From: an uncultured bacterium
GTDB lineage: Bacteria > Acidobacteriota > Thermoanaerobaculia > Multivoradales > JAHZIX01
Assembly: GCA_965368975.1 (NCBI GenBank)
Contig: CBDUPA010000005.1
Span: 160,001-224,000, forward strand
DNA: 64,000 nt
Direction of reading: 5' to 3'
Each line of letters starts with the position of its first letter. Position 1 is the first letter of the stretch. The position numbers were made by a program, and so were the translations under genes. This document shows, piece by piece, positions 8,215 to 18,498 of this stretch. Under the pieces are notes generated by a model. That model was not told where the DNA came from. It did not search any database and saw only the letters and a program-made list of their open reading frames with translations.

Positions 8215-11205
8215 TCAGGGCTTTGGATGGACGAGTTCGGCTTGCCAGATGCCAGGGCTGAGCAGTGGGAGATCGACCTCGCCTCCCCAGTCGACCCTAG
8301 GCGTAAGGCCCAAGAAGCCGAGAAGTGGCTGTACCGAGACCCCATTCGGGGTTTTCAGGTGAACAGACTTGCCGATCGCAGTTGGGGCGGGAAAGCGAAT
8401 GTTCGCAGGCTCAGCTTCGTCCAGATAGATCACTGCAGTGCTCGAGTCGGTCGAGCCGAGGTGAGTCGTCTGGCCTTCATAGAGGCCACCGGCATGAGCT
8501 GCCAACACGTAGTATCTCCCTGGCTGCAGGCCACGAAAGTAGGCCCAGCCATCGGCGTCCGTGGTCTGAATCACGTGGACTCGCTCGCCGTTGCTGGCTA
8601 GCACAGCGGCTCCGTCGGCTGCACTTCCGGTTGTCGAGATGATGCGCACCGCTAGCTCCCGTGGTGGCTGCTGCCGAAGCTCGAGTTCCGTGTAGTACGT
8701 GGAGCCTTTGACATCAATCGACTCCTCGCCAGTCAAGGCTGTCGAGCCCGTCCGCATGGTGCCCGACAGTCGATACTGTCCCGGAGGGACCTTAGGCAGT
8801 ATGAAGGTGCCGTCGACTGCACTTGCCCCCGCTCGCAGGTCGATACCCTGGAGTTCCGGCGACATCGAGCGTAGCTGCATCCATGCTCCCGAGACTGGTT
8901 CACCCGTTGCCGTCACTACCTTGCCCTGGACCGGGCTTCCAGAGAAGTTGAGTTCGAGCCGCTGTCCGGCCAGGGGTGCGGAGGCTAGTGGTGGCAAGAC
9001 CTGCCGGAGTTCGAGGCCGTCCGCGGTCGTGAAGGTCGCCAGTATTTGCCCTGGTGGTAAGTATCCCTCAGCTGCAAAGCTGCCTTCCGATGTTACCTGG
9101 GCCACTATGCTGGGCTGCAGGTCGTTGACCAACTGCTGCCCACGGTTCGATCTCTGGATGAAGACTGGCGGGGGGTTGAAGGTTCCGGATGTTGGGGGAG
9201 TCAGGACGAGGAGGCCGGCTTGCACTGGAACGCCTTCCAGTTTCACGCTTCCTTGGACGTGCTGCAGGGCGAGGATCAGGTCATCGAGCTGCTGCTGTTC
9301 GACGGCTTCGATGGTGACGGGCTGGACAGCCTGGATGACACCGTGACTTCGAGCCACTACCAGGTATTCACCTGGGGCAACGTCAGTGAATTCAGCTATG
9401 CCATCGTCTCCGGTTGTCTCAGTGAGTCGCACGCAGGGTTGATGGAGCGATCCCGCGCGGAGTTCTACCTCCGCACCTGGTCTGTCGCGCGTCGCCAGGT
9501 CGACGACTCGCACAGTCACTTGTGTCCGTGAGCTGGCCGCGATGACTCCTAGTTCGCGCCGCTCATCCGGTTCGAGCTGTTCGAGGATCAGTGGCCACGG
9601 TGTGAACTCCGGGTGTCGTACTTCCAGGCATTGTGTTCCTGGATCGAGGCCACTCAGGTAGAAGTTGCCCTGGGCATCCGTCTCAACTGAGGTCTGCCAG
9701 CCGAAGTGACGAGCTGTCAGACCGCCCCACTGTGCGGGCCGGACGGAGCTGAGCGTGGCTCCCGCAACTGGCTCGCCTGTATCGGGGTGGAGCAGGGTTC
9801 CTTGCACACTGACACCAGGGTCCAAGTAGAGCGTACCCAGGTCTGTTGGCTCAGTGTCTGTCGCCACGAATTCGAGGTTCGACTTGCGATAGCCGTTGGA
9901 ATCGATCTCGATTCGAGTCGAGGTTCCCGGTGGTATCGCGGTGGCGAAAGAACCGTTGGTTCTCTCCAGATTCAGTATGCGGTGCTGGCCGCTGGCACGC
10001 AGCGTCAGTCTGGCACTCTCGATAGGGGCGCCTGTCGTCAGGTCGGCGAGTCGAAAGCGCAGGTTCGTGTCCGTGGAGGCGGTCCGATCTTCAGGCACTG
10101 CAAGGGTGACTTGGAACAACTGCTGCCAGGTGATCCGTCCCTGAGCATCGCGGTTGCGAACAAAGATCCAGACCTTACCCTCGGGCCCGTTGAGCATTGT
10201 CAGATGTGCCAGGCGGTCGAGCGTGCCGGTCGGAGGTTGCAGCTCTAGGAGTAGATCATTGGCCATCTTCTGGCCATTCGTGTCGAACAGGTCGAGCAGA
10301 AATTTCACTTGCTCGCCATCCCAGCGCCGGAAGACGAGTCCTACATGTTCTTGCCAGCGCAGCAACCCCTGAAACCAGTCGAAGCGATCTCTCAGAGTCA
10401 GGGGTGCTTCCGGGCTTCGGTTTTGAAACTGCAGGCGCTCATCTGCGACATTGAAATTGGGGAAGCTCTCTCCGTCTTCCAAGTACGAGACTTCCTGCAC
10501 TTGGCTGGTGTCGGTGGCTTCGATGTCGATGATAGAGAGGTGAGGCCGCGCTTCGGTCACTACGAAGATCTTGCGCTTGTCGGCTGAAACCGCCAAGTCT
10601 CCGCTGGGCAGGATCCGCCCAGTGGGCGAGTCGAAGACTGGATCACAAACGAGGGGTACTTCCGTCGGTTCGGCAGCTTCGAGATCGACCACGGAGAGCC
10701 GACAGTCAGCGCGGGCGTGCTGTCGTCGCCACGAGATGTCTTCCCACCGCCGAGGCGCTTCTGCTGGTGGAATCACCGGTGTTCCAATCCTGAAAAGCCT
10801 GTTCCCCACGAGCTCTATTGGCCATGGATCGTAAAAGCGATCAGGGATGTCGGCAGCCGGGCGTAGCTGGCGATCGAAGAACTCTAGCCGGGGAGGTTGC
10901 CGCCGGACGAACAGCAAGCCGGGGCCGGTAGCTCTCAAGTGCATTGGACGGCTGAAGCCTTCGGCGTCTCGCAAGCTGTCCAACTGTTCCAAATCACCCT
11001 GCCAGGGTGCAAGGAATGCAACTCCCGACTGCGAGATGACGACGAGTCCCCGGTTGCCCGGGTGCAAAGCGACAGAGAAGACTGGCCGAGGCTCGCCAGC
11101 TTCGTCGACCAGTGCTGGCAACGGAACCGGCATTGTCTCGATCTGTGGCGAGGCAGTAGTGGCCTCAGTTGTGGCCAGGATAAGCAGAACTAGAAGCCTA
11201 GCCAT
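8215..11205 (-). CDS. secreted protein: putative N-terminal beta-propeller plus repeated carboxypeptidase-regulatory-like (CnaB-type) domains
   Basis: Signal-like N-terminus, about 370 aa of beta-rich sequence, then repeats such as TDAQGNFYLSGLDPG, TGDDGIAEFTDVAPGEY and TDADGWAYFRGLQPGRY. Start placed at ATG 11205, just after the peptide stop. Confidence 0.7.
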   Translation of the reverse strand: MARLLVLLILATTEATTASPQIETMPVPLPALVDEAGEPRPVFSVALHPGNRGLVVISQSGVAFLAPWQGDLEQLDSLRDAEGFSRPMHLRATGPGLLFVRRQPPRLEFFDRQLRPAADIPDRFYDPWPIELVGNRLFRIGTPVIPPAEAPRRWEDISWRRQHARADCRLSVVDLEAAEPTEVPLVCDPVFDSPTGRILPSGDLAVSADKRKIFVVTEARPHLSIIDIEATDTSQVQEVSYLEDGESFPNFNVADERLQFQNRSPEAPLTLRDRFDWFQGLLRWQEHVGLVFRRWDGEQVKFLLDLFDTNGQKMANDLLLELQPPTGTLDRLAHLTMLNGPEGKVWIFVRNRDAQGRITWQQLFQVTLAVPEDRTASTDTNLRFRLADLTTGAPIESARLTLRASGQHRILNLERTNGSFATAIPPGTSTRIEIDSNGYRKSNLEFVATDTEPTDLGTLYLDPGVSVQGTLLHPDTGEPVAGATLSSVRPAQWGGLTARHFGWQTSVETDAQGNFYLSGLDPGTQCLEVRHPEFTPWPLILEQLEPDERRELGVIAASSRTQVTVRVVDLATRDRPGAEVELRAGSLHQPCVRLTETTGDDGIAEFTDVAPGEYLVVARSHGVIQAVQPVTIEAVEQQQLDDLILALQHVQGSVKLEGVPVQAGLLVLTPPTSGTFNPPPVFIQRSNRGQQLVNDLQPSIVAQVTSEGSFAAEGYLPPGQILATFTTADGLELRQVLPPLASAPLAGQRLELNFSGSPVQGKVVTATGEPVSGAWMQLRSMSPELQGIDLRAGASAVDGTFILPKVPPGQYRLSGTMRTGSTALTGEESIDVKGSTYYTELELRQQPPRELAVRIISTTGSAADGAAVLASNGERVHVIQTTDADGWAYFRGLQPGRYYVLAAHAGGLYEGQTTHLGSTDSSTAVIYLDEAEPANIRFPAPTAIGKSVHLKTPNGVSVQPLLGFLGLTPRVDWGGEVDLPLLSPGIWQAELVHPKP

Positions 11206-11207
11206 CC

Positions 11208-11444
11208 TCAAGGAGGCGGCTCCTGTTCCCAAGGACGCCCAGCGTCAATCTCGTCGAAGCACAAGATGCAGACCTGCCCGCCGCCCGTGCTGAGGGAACA
11301 CCGCCATTCCCAATACGTCCAGTCCCAGACCAGGATCCCCTCGTAGCAACCCTGTTCAGCGGGAGTCGGTTCCGGGATCAGTGCCATACCTGTTGCTAGC
11401 AGGAAGGCTATGGCCAGGATAAGTGCGACCCTTCTCTTGCGCAT
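11208..11444 (-). CDS. small secreted Cys/Trp-rich peptide (78 aa)
   Basis: Sec signal (MRKRR, hydrophobic core, TPA); mature part has 4 Cys and WDWTYWEW. GGAG RBS and a TATGAT -10-like box at 11481-11486. Confidence 0.7.
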   Translation of the reverse strand: MRKRRVALILAIAFLLATGMALIPEPTPAEQGCYEGILVWDWTYWEWRCSLSTGGGQVCILCFDEIDAGRPWEQEPPP

Positions 11445-11537
11445 GTCAGTAGCTCCGTGTCTGCATGAATAGGTCTCTGAATCATACAGCGTTTCGCAGT
11501 CGAGGAAGAAGTTCGAGAGCAGGTCTGTTTGGAAGTC

Positions 11538-13487
11538 TCAGCTCCCTTCCAACGCTGCCAGCAGCCCGCCCTTGGTCAGCAACTCCCCGAACACGTAAGG
11601 CTCGGCATCGGGACGGTAGAGGAGGTAGAAGGGAATCCCAGACCGGCCGTGGTCTTCCAGGAAGACGCGGATTTCTTCGTTGTAGTTGGTCCAGTCGGCC
11701 TTCATCGGCACCACGCCGTGACGCTCGAAGGCGGCGGCGATCTCGTCGGTTTCGATCACCGTCTTTTCATTCCACTTGCAGGTCAGGCACCAATCGGCGG
11801 TCACGTCGACGAAGACGGTTTGCCCCTGCTCGGCGAGGGCTTCGGCTTGCACGCGGTCGAAGGTGTTCCAGGCAATCAGGCCGCCTTGATCGGGGCCGCA
11901 TTCCTGCGCCACGTTGGCGCTGGCGGTGGCGGCGAGGAAGATGGTGACGACGATCGAGGCGAGGGTGCCGGCAGAGCTGGTGAAGCGCAGGCTGGGCAAG
12001 GCGCTCTTGTGGCGTAGCCAGACGAAAAGGGCGAGACCGAGCAGAGCGAGCTGGATAAAGGCGATGCGGGTGGCCGACAGCTGGCCGGCGAGGACGAAGA
12101 ACAGCCAGACCGTGGTGGCGGCGAGGAGGAAGCCCATGACGCCTTTGAGTGTGTCCATCCAGGCGCCCGGCTTGGGCAGCCAGCCGGCGGCGCTGGGGAA
12201 GGTTGCCAGCAGCAGGAAGGGGAGGGCCATGCCGACGCCGATAGCGGTGAAGACGGCGAAGATGACACCGCCGGGCTGGGTCAGGCCGAAGGTCACGGCG
12301 GTGCCCAGGAACGGAGCCGAGCAGGGGGTGGCCATCAGGGTGGCGAAGAGACCCGAGGCGAAGTGGCCACTGAAGCCCTGAGCCGGACCACCGGGGGCGA
12401 GGCGGTTGGCCAAGCGTGCGGGCAGTGGGATCTCGAACAGGCCCCACAGGTTGAGGCTGAAGAGCATGACGACGACCGCCAGGAAGGCGACGAAGCCAGG
12501 TTCCTGGAACTGCACACCCCAGCCGACGGCCTGGCCGGCGCCGCGGGCCACGAGGGCCGCCAGGGCCAGCGTCCAGAAGGAGAAGAGGATGCCGGCGGCG
12601 GTCGCCAGGCTGGCGGTGATGACCTCACGGCGGCTGCCGCTGCTCTTGACCATGCCGAAGACCTTGAGACTGATCACGGGCAGCACGCAGGGCATGGCGT
12701 TGAGGATCAAGCCGCCGACGATGCCGAGGAGCAGCATGGTGCCGAGCTGCTGCAAGTTCCAGCCGGCGCTGGTCTCGTCCGCCGTGGCGGCGGTTTCGGA
12801 GGCCATCGTGCTTGACGCGCCCAGGGTCGCGGTATCGGGCGGTTCCTCTCCCTGAGGCGGGCCGGACGGATCGACCGGGTAGAGTTCCGGCGGCACCACC
12901 ATGCTTTCCATGAAGTATTCGAGATTGGCGGGCTCACCCTCGGTGCCGATGCTCACCTCGACCTCGGCGTTGGAGGTTACCGGCGGCAGGCAGGAGTTGT
13001 CGTCGCACGCCTGGTAGCGGATGGCGGCGCGCAGTACGTAGTCGCCGGGGACCGCGTCGGCAAGAAGATCGGCACTAGCGAGCAGGCGCACGGTACCTTC
13101 ATAGACCGAGATCGGCTCCTCGACGAAGGCGAACTTGCGCATCACGCCGGGCGGGTAGGTGACGGTCATCGTCGGCCAGTCCTGCGGCACCTCGATCTCG
13201 GCGGTCGTCGGGATCAGGTATTCAATGCTGGGCTCGTGGCTGTTGGTATGCCAGTGGTCCTCGATGCGCATCACGGCAGCCAGACGCACCGTCGTGCCGG
13301 GCGCGTAGGACGTGCGGTCGGCCACCAATTCGATCTTGGCCTTCTCCGGCCGTCGACGCTGGGCTTCGACATCGGGCGGCGCGAACAGGCCTCCGAGCAA
13401 AGCGGTGATCAGCGCCAGGACGCACAGGGAGCTGCCGGCGCGTGAGCAGTAGGAAGAGGTAGAAGGGCAAGCGCTTTGGATCATCAT
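11538..13487 (-). CDS. dsbD: protein-disulfide reductase DsbD family
   Basis: N-terminal Ig-like domain with YQACDDNSC, TM domain with MPCVLPV and ATPCSAP, C-terminal thioredoxin WCLTC. Start uncertain. Confidence 0.9.
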   Translation of the reverse strand: MMIQSACPSTSSYCSRAGSSLCVLALITALLGGLFAPPDVEAQRRRPEKAKIELVADRTSYAPGTTVRLAAVMRIEDHWHTNSHEPSIEYLIPTTAEIEVPQDWPTMTVTYPPGVMRKFAFVEEPISVYEGTVRLLASADLLADAVPGDYVLRAAIRYQACDDNSCLPPVTSNAEVEVSIGTEGEPANLEYFMESMVVPPELYPVDPSGPPQGEEPPDTATLGASSTMASETAATADETSAGWNLQQLGTMLLLGIVGGLILNAMPCVLPVISLKVFGMVKSSGSRREVITASLATAAGILFSFWTLALAALVARGAGQAVGWGVQFQEPGFVAFLAVVVMLFSLNLWGLFEIPLPARLANRLAPGGPAQGFSGHFASGLFATLMATPCSAPFLGTAVTFGLTQPGGVIFAVFTAIGVGMALPFLLLATFPSAAGWLPKPGAWMDTLKGVMGFLLAATTVWLFFVLAGQLSATRIAFIQLALLGLALFVWLRHKSALPSLRFTSSAGTLASIVVTIFLAATASANVAQECGPDQGGLIAWNTFDRVQAEALAEQGQTVFVDVTADWCLTCKWNEKTVIETDEIAAAFERHGVVPMKADWTNYNEEIRVFLEDHGRSGIPFYLLYRPDAEPYVFGELLTKGGLLAALEGS

Positions 13488-13557
13488 GGCTCTCACGGGC
13501 TATCGAGTTCAGGCGAGTCAGGCGATGGTCGGCATGGCGCGAGGTGGCGACGCCACA

Positions 13558-14514
13558 TCAGGAGCAATCGGCACGGCCTTGCTCCAAGGCGCGCAGGCTA
13601 TCGCGGGCCTGACGGCGATGGGGGCTCTGCGGGTAGGTGCGCAGGAAAGTCTCGAGCGCCAAGCGGGCGGCGGTGCAGTCCTGGCGGTCATGGGCGATCT
13701 GGATGCGGAGGAGGTCGACGGCTTGCAGCAGCTCGGAGTTGTCGTCGCTGCTAGCTTGACGGTGACCGCGTTCGAGAGTTGCGATGGCAGCTTCGAAGTC
13801 CCCGGCCAACCGCTGGGCGTCGGACAGCATCAGCTGTAGCCAAGCGGGGTCGAGTTCGGTCTCGGTCTTGTCGCTGAGCGTCAAGAGGCGTTGGTAGACC
13901 TCCGCGGCACCGCCGCCGTCACGCAGCTCGTGCAGCTCGCGCGCGAGTTGAAGCAGCACGCGTGGGTCGTCGCTCTCGGCCTGCCAGGCACGCCGTTCCT
14001 GCGCCTGCTCCCAGCGCCGCAACTGAGCTTTCAGCATGCCGACGTAGGCCGGCGCCTGGACGTAGCCCTCGACGCGCCCCATCTCGACCAGCTGCGGGCT
14101 GAGCAGCAGGGCGGTAGGCAGCGAGTAGGTACGGTAGCGCGCCTGGATCTCGGCGCCGTCGTCCGAATCGGTGTTCAGCCGCAGCAGCACGAAGCGCTGC
14201 GCGTAGTCGGTGAACACCGGATGCGGGAAGACGTCGCGTTCCAGGCGCTTGCACCAACCACACCAGTCGGCCCACAGGTCGACGAAAATGGGTTTACCAC
14301 TCGCCTGGGCGTCCGCCTGTGCGGCGTCGAGATCTTCGAACCACACCTGTTCGTCGCTCGCGCTGGAAGCTTGTGCAGCGGCTCCCATGCCTGGAGTGCC
14401 TAATGCTGGGGTGCCCACTGCCACGAAGGGTGTGGCAGCAGAGGGCATGGCGAACACGACGGCGCAGGCGGCTGTCAGCACGAGGGGAAGAGGCAGGCGG
14501 GGTAGACACGGCAT
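13558..14514 (-). CDS. exported thioredoxin-family protein with TPR-like C-terminus
   Basis: KPIFVDLWADWCGWCKRL, signal peptide, helical repeats. Confidence 0.85.
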   Translation of the reverse strand: MPCLPRLPLPLVLTAACAVVFAMPSAATPFVAVGTPALGTPGMGAAAQASSASDEQVWFEDLDAAQADAQASGKPIFVDLWADWCGWCKRLERDVFPHPVFTDYAQRFVLLRLNTDSDDGAEIQARYRTYSLPTALLLSPQLVEMGRVEGYVQAPAYVGMLKAQLRRWEQAQERRAWQAESDDPRVLLQLARELHELRDGGGAAEVYQRLLTLSDKTETELDPAWLQLMLSDAQRLAGDFEAAIATLERGHRQASSDDNSELLQAVDLLRIQIAHDRQDCTAARLALETFLRTYPQSPHRRQARDSLRALEQGRADCS

Positions 14515-14841
14515 GGTCGAGTTGGCTCCGGTGTTCAAGGGTCGAGTTCCGGTGGAAAAGCGCCGTTGAGGCGTCGGGCAGCCTATCATGAGGGAACCTC
14601 GAACCTTGGGTCATTCATTCCGTGTCACCGGTGAAGGTCGCGGGGCAGTGCGGGTCGTTTCGACGATACCCGGAGGTGGGCAAGGATGTCCTCTTTAGGG
14701 GACGCGTGCAGCGCGAAAGGTGGCGCGGTGCGTGTTTTTCGCTCCTGGGTAGAACGGTACGCATCTTGCTTGGTATAAGGATAGCGAACGTTTCCTTGTA
14801 TCTCGACTTCCTTGGGCAGAGTCCTCTCTGGAGGGATGATG

Positions 14842-16824
14842 ATGAGTAGCTCGACCTTGTTTTACAGGGTTCGATCCCGTGGACGGTTGTACTGGGCTCG
14901 ATCCAGTGCCTACCTGCAGCGGGGCTCGGTTACGCGAGGGTGGGTCTGGACGGCTTTTCTAGTACTGCTGGCCGTGGCTTACCTGCTGGGGCAGCGCAGC
15001 GCACCGCCTGCGGTTCCGGACGGTCGTTACTCCCGCACGCCAGCTGGCGCACGGGCGTTCATTGAGGACGCCGAGCGCCAGATCCTGGAATTGACCATCC
15101 GTGCCGAACTCACGGCTTGGACGCACAGCAACTTCGTCAACGAAGACACCGAGCTGCTGTCCGCCGGCGCGGACTACCAGCGTGACGTCGAGGTCAGCCG
15201 TCTGGTGCGTCAGGTACGCCGCTTCGATGGCGTCGTCTTGCCTCCCTCCTTGCGCCGCCGTCTGAACTTGCTGGTGCGCCACGTGAACCTGCCGCCGTCC
15301 GCGTCCAGGGAGACTGGCGTGTCCGCAGCTCCCGACCATGAGTTGATGCTGCTGGTGCGGCGGATGCAAGGACGCTACGCTCAGGCGCGCTACTGCCCCG
15401 ATGGTGGCACCTTCGTCGAAGGGCGTTCCGAAGGTTGTCTGGACATCGGTGAGCTACAACGGCGGATGTCCGAGAGTCGTGACCCGCGAGAGCTGCAACG
15501 CTTGTGGCAAGGCTGGCACGGCACGGCCGCCCGCCAGCGCAAGGATTTCGCACGCTACGTCGAACTGGCCAATGCCGGCGCTCGCGACTTGGGCTTCGAC
15601 GACCTCGGTGGTCTCTGGCGCGACCGCTACGACATGTCGGGAGACCGCCTGCGCGCCGACCTGGAGCGCCTGTGGCAGCAGGTGCGGCCACTGTACGACG
15701 CACTGCACTGCCACACGCGTGCGCGTCTGGCGGAGGTCTACGGCGACGCGGTGCCTTCTGGCGAGCCGATCCCGGCGCATCTACTAGGCGATCCCTGGGG
15801 GCAGGATTGGACTGCCCTGTTCGCCCTGGTGGCACCGGCCGATGCCCAGCGAACGGTCAGTCGAGTCACCGCTGCGCCTGCGCCAGATCTGTCAGCCCGC
15901 TTGCAGCAGCAGGTGCCGGACGAGGCGTCGCTGGTGCGCTACGGCGCGGACTTCTTCGTTTCGCTCGGTCTGGAGCCCCTTCCTGATAGTTTCTGGCGTC
16001 GATCGCGCTTCCAGCGCCCTCCCGGCCGCCAGGTAATTTGTCATCCCCTGGCCTGGCATATCGACCTGGCTGACGACGTGCGCCTGAGCGCCTGCATCGA
16101 GATCGATGCTGACAACTTCCGCATGGTGCACCACGAGCTGGGGCACAGCTTCTTCCAGCGTGCCTATCGTCACCAACCCTTGATCTTCCGCGAGGGGGCC
16201 AACGCTGCCTTCCACGAGGCGCTGGGCGACACGATGGTGTTGTCGATCACCCCAGAGTATTTGCATCGCTTGGGACTGCTCGACACCGTACCGCCGCCGC
16301 GGGACGATCTCGACCAGCTACTGCGCCTGGCCCTAGAGCGCGTTGCCTTCTTGCCCTTCGGCCTGGTGGTCGACGAGTGGCGCTGGTCGGTGTTCGCCGG
16401 AGAGGTGCCGCCGGAGACCTACACGGAAGCTTGGTGGCAGCTGCGGCGTGAGTACCAGGGCGTACAACCACCGGTGACGCGCACGGAAGCCGATTTCGAC
16501 CCGGGGTCGAAGTTCCACGTCATCGCCAATGTGCCGTACATTCGTTACTTCTTTTCAAATATCCTGCAGTATCAATTCCACCGTGGCCTGTGCCAGGCAG
16601 CGGGCGTCATGGGACCGCTGCACCGTTGCTCTCTCTACGGCGAGACGGCGGTCGGCGAGCGGCTGAGCACGATGATGGAGATGGGGGCGTCACGCCCCTG
16701 GCCGGATGCGCTCGAGGCGCTGACCGGCGAGCGTGAGATGGACGCGACGGCGATGCTGGAGTACTTCGCGCCGCTGATCGAGTGGTTGGAAGAGGAGAAC
16801 GCAGGGCGTCAGTGTGGATGGTGA
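14842..16824 (+). CDS. M2 family metallopeptidase (peptidyl-dipeptidase A, ACE-like)
   Basis: IPAHLLGDPWGQDW, HHELGH, EGANAAFHEALGD, FDPGSKFHV, PYIRYF. Confidence 0.93.
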   Translation: MSSSTLFYRVRSRGRLYWARSSAYLQRGSVTRGWVWTAFLVLLAVAYLLGQRSAPPAVPDGRYSRTPAGARAFIEDAERQILELTIRAELTAWTHSNFVNEDTELLSAGADYQRDVEVSRLVRQVRRFDGVVLPPSLRRRLNLLVRHVNLPPSASRETGVSAAPDHELMLLVRRMQGRYAQARYCPDGGTFVEGRSEGCLDIGELQRRMSESRDPRELQRLWQGWHGTAARQRKDFARYVELANAGARDLGFDDLGGLWRDRYDMSGDRLRADLERLWQQVRPLYDALHCHTRARLAEVYGDAVPSGEPIPAHLLGDPWGQDWTALFALVAPADAQRTVSRVTAAPAPDLSARLQQQVPDEASLVRYGADFFVSLGLEPLPDSFWRRSRFQRPPGRQVICHPLAWHIDLADDVRLSACIEIDADNFRMVHHELGHSFFQRAYRHQPLIFREGANAAFHEALGDTMVLSITPEYLHRLGLLDTVPPPRDDLDQLLRLALERVAFLPFGLVVDEWRWSVFAGEVPPETYTEAWWQLRREYQGVQPPVTRTEADFDPGSKFHVIANVPYIRYFFSNILQYQFHRGLCQAAGVMGPLHRCSLYGETAVGERLSTMMEMGASRPWPDALEALTGEREMDATAMLEYFAPLIEWLEEENAGRQCGW

Positions 16825-16868
16825 GAGCGAGCCGAGTCAGGCCGCAGCCCATTACCGAGCGGTGCGTA

Positions 16869-18272
16869 TTACGCAGCAGTGCGTAGCCAACGCCCGAACC
16901 GCTCGTCCAATTCTTCCCAGCTGACCCCTAAACGCGTGCGCAGCGCCTCACCCGTTGGCGGTTCACCCTGGGCCACGGCGGCCAGGAAGGCGCGGAAGCC
17001 GGCTGCCAACTCGGAGCCACTCTCAGGACTGGTGCCTTCGAGAAGGAAGCGGACGAAGAGACCGCTGGTGGCGTAGGCGATCAGACTCTTTTCGCCGCTG
17101 AGGTCTTTGAAGTCGAAGAGCTGTACCAGCCTTTCGAGGCTCGGCGCTCGACCCTCGGCGCGCCGAGCCTTGACCAGCTGGATGGCGGCGTGGATGCCTT
17201 CGAAGCGAACGGTCGTGCCGGGACGCAGCGGCGGTGCCGGAGCCAGGTGGTCGGCGTGGTAGGTGGCGGTGTCGTCGATGTAGCCGTAGGAGAGGTCTTC
17301 GGCCAGGCCCTCGTCCAGCCAGGACGGCAGTGCCGGCCCGATAGCACGGCGATTGATCAGGTGCGCCATCTCGTGCACGATCGTTGCCGCGACCTGGCGG
17401 GGCGATTGCGCTCCCACCGTCACCACCAACAGGCCGTCACCGACGTGGCCATTGGGATCGAGGTCAGCGAGGTCGGGGATCGTGGAGAGGTAGGCACGGT
17501 AGGCGCCGGGATGTTGGAACAGCACCGCGGTTTCGGCGGCCGGTTGGTGCGGAAAGACGCCGTAGCGTTGGCGGTAGCTGGTGGGCAACTGGTGGCCGAC
17601 GTGGTCGAGGAGAGTGAGCAGGTTTGTGTCGTCGACGTCGGTATGCAGGGGGTAGGGTCCCAGCCTGCCGAGCCGACCCGCCGCCCCCAGCAGGCGACGA
17701 GCGGTCGCCAGGTATTCGGGGTTGGGGGCGAGGCCGGGAACCGGTAGCACCGGTGCCGGCTCGCGCCCGAGTGGTGGGCCATCGGGGGCCGGTACCCACA
17801 CCGGCCGGCCGCGGTAGCTGAGGTGCAGCCAGTCGTCTTCCCGCCCGAGCAGGGCGAGGGGCTGAGCGTGATCGAGTGTCACGATGGCGTCACCGGTGGT
17901 GTCCGGGGCCGCGTAGAGAACGCTACCGCCCGGGAGCCACTGCTGCAGGATCAAGCCTCCGGGGGAGCGCAGCGGTGTCGTGCCGGCGGCGTCCGCGCGG
18001 CTGGGCGGCAGTGGAGGAGCCTGCTGGCGCACGTAGATGACGGCTTGCGAAGGTCCGTCGGGTGGTTCGAGGGACCTCTCAGCGTCCGTGGCGGCGGGTA
18101 GGTACCTTTTTTGCAAGTGTTCCTGCAGCCCGTGCGCCAGCGGTCCGACGATCGGCCAGTCGGTCGCGCGTTGCAGGCCGGGCGATGCGGGGTGGTAGGT
18201 CAGCCAAACGTAGCCGGCAAAACCGCCCAGCAACATCACCAACACGAAGTAGAAGGGCAAGGCGCGACGCAT
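16869..18272 (-). CDS. membrane-anchored protein with SH3-like segment and gluzincin (peptidase MA-like) domain
   Basis: N-terminal TM helix, LGREDDWLHLSY, HEMAH...LPSWLDEGLAE. Confidence 0.7.
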   Translation of the reverse strand: MRRALPFYFVLVMLLGGFAGYVWLTYHPASPGLQRATDWPIVGPLAHGLQEHLQKRYLPAATDAERSLEPPDGPSQAVIYVRQQAPPLPPSRADAAGTTPLRSPGGLILQQWLPGGSVLYAAPDTTGDAIVTLDHAQPLALLGREDDWLHLSYRGRPVWVPAPDGPPLGREPAPVLPVPGLAPNPEYLATARRLLGAAGRLGRLGPYPLHTDVDDTNLLTLLDHVGHQLPTSYRQRYGVFPHQPAAETAVLFQHPGAYRAYLSTIPDLADLDPNGHVGDGLLVVTVGAQSPRQVAATIVHEMAHLINRRAIGPALPSWLDEGLAEDLSYGYIDDTATYHADHLAPAPPLRPGTTVRFEGIHAAIQLVKARRAEGRAPSLERLVQLFDFKDLSGEKSLIAYATSGLFVRFLLEGTSPESGSELAAGFRAFLAAVAQGEPPTGEALRTRLGVSWEELDERFGRWLRTAA

Positions 18273-18498
18273 CTCTCGGACATTCTCCTACGAACCGGGT
18301 ATTCTTACCGCCCTGGACTGGCCAGCTCGCATCTGGCCGCTCTGGGTCCTCACTAGACAATGCCTGCTTGCTGGTACCTGGTGGACAGTGCCTGCTTGCC
18401 AGTGCCTAATTGACAGTACCTGGCAGACGGCGCCGAAATTCCCCGCTACTGACGCTGGTACCGCCGCTGGGCGTCCTCGACCAACCTCGAACAAAGTC

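Noticed and set aside
8160-8230. Possible frameshift truncating the large secreted protein
   Set aside because: The alternative frame runs into the convergent methyltransferase gene, and without homologues the early stop cannot be shown to be abnormal.
11290-11330. WxW motifs suggesting a darobactin-like radical SAM RiPP
   Set aside because: The peptide has a Sec signal, and no SPASM radical SAM gene is nearby.
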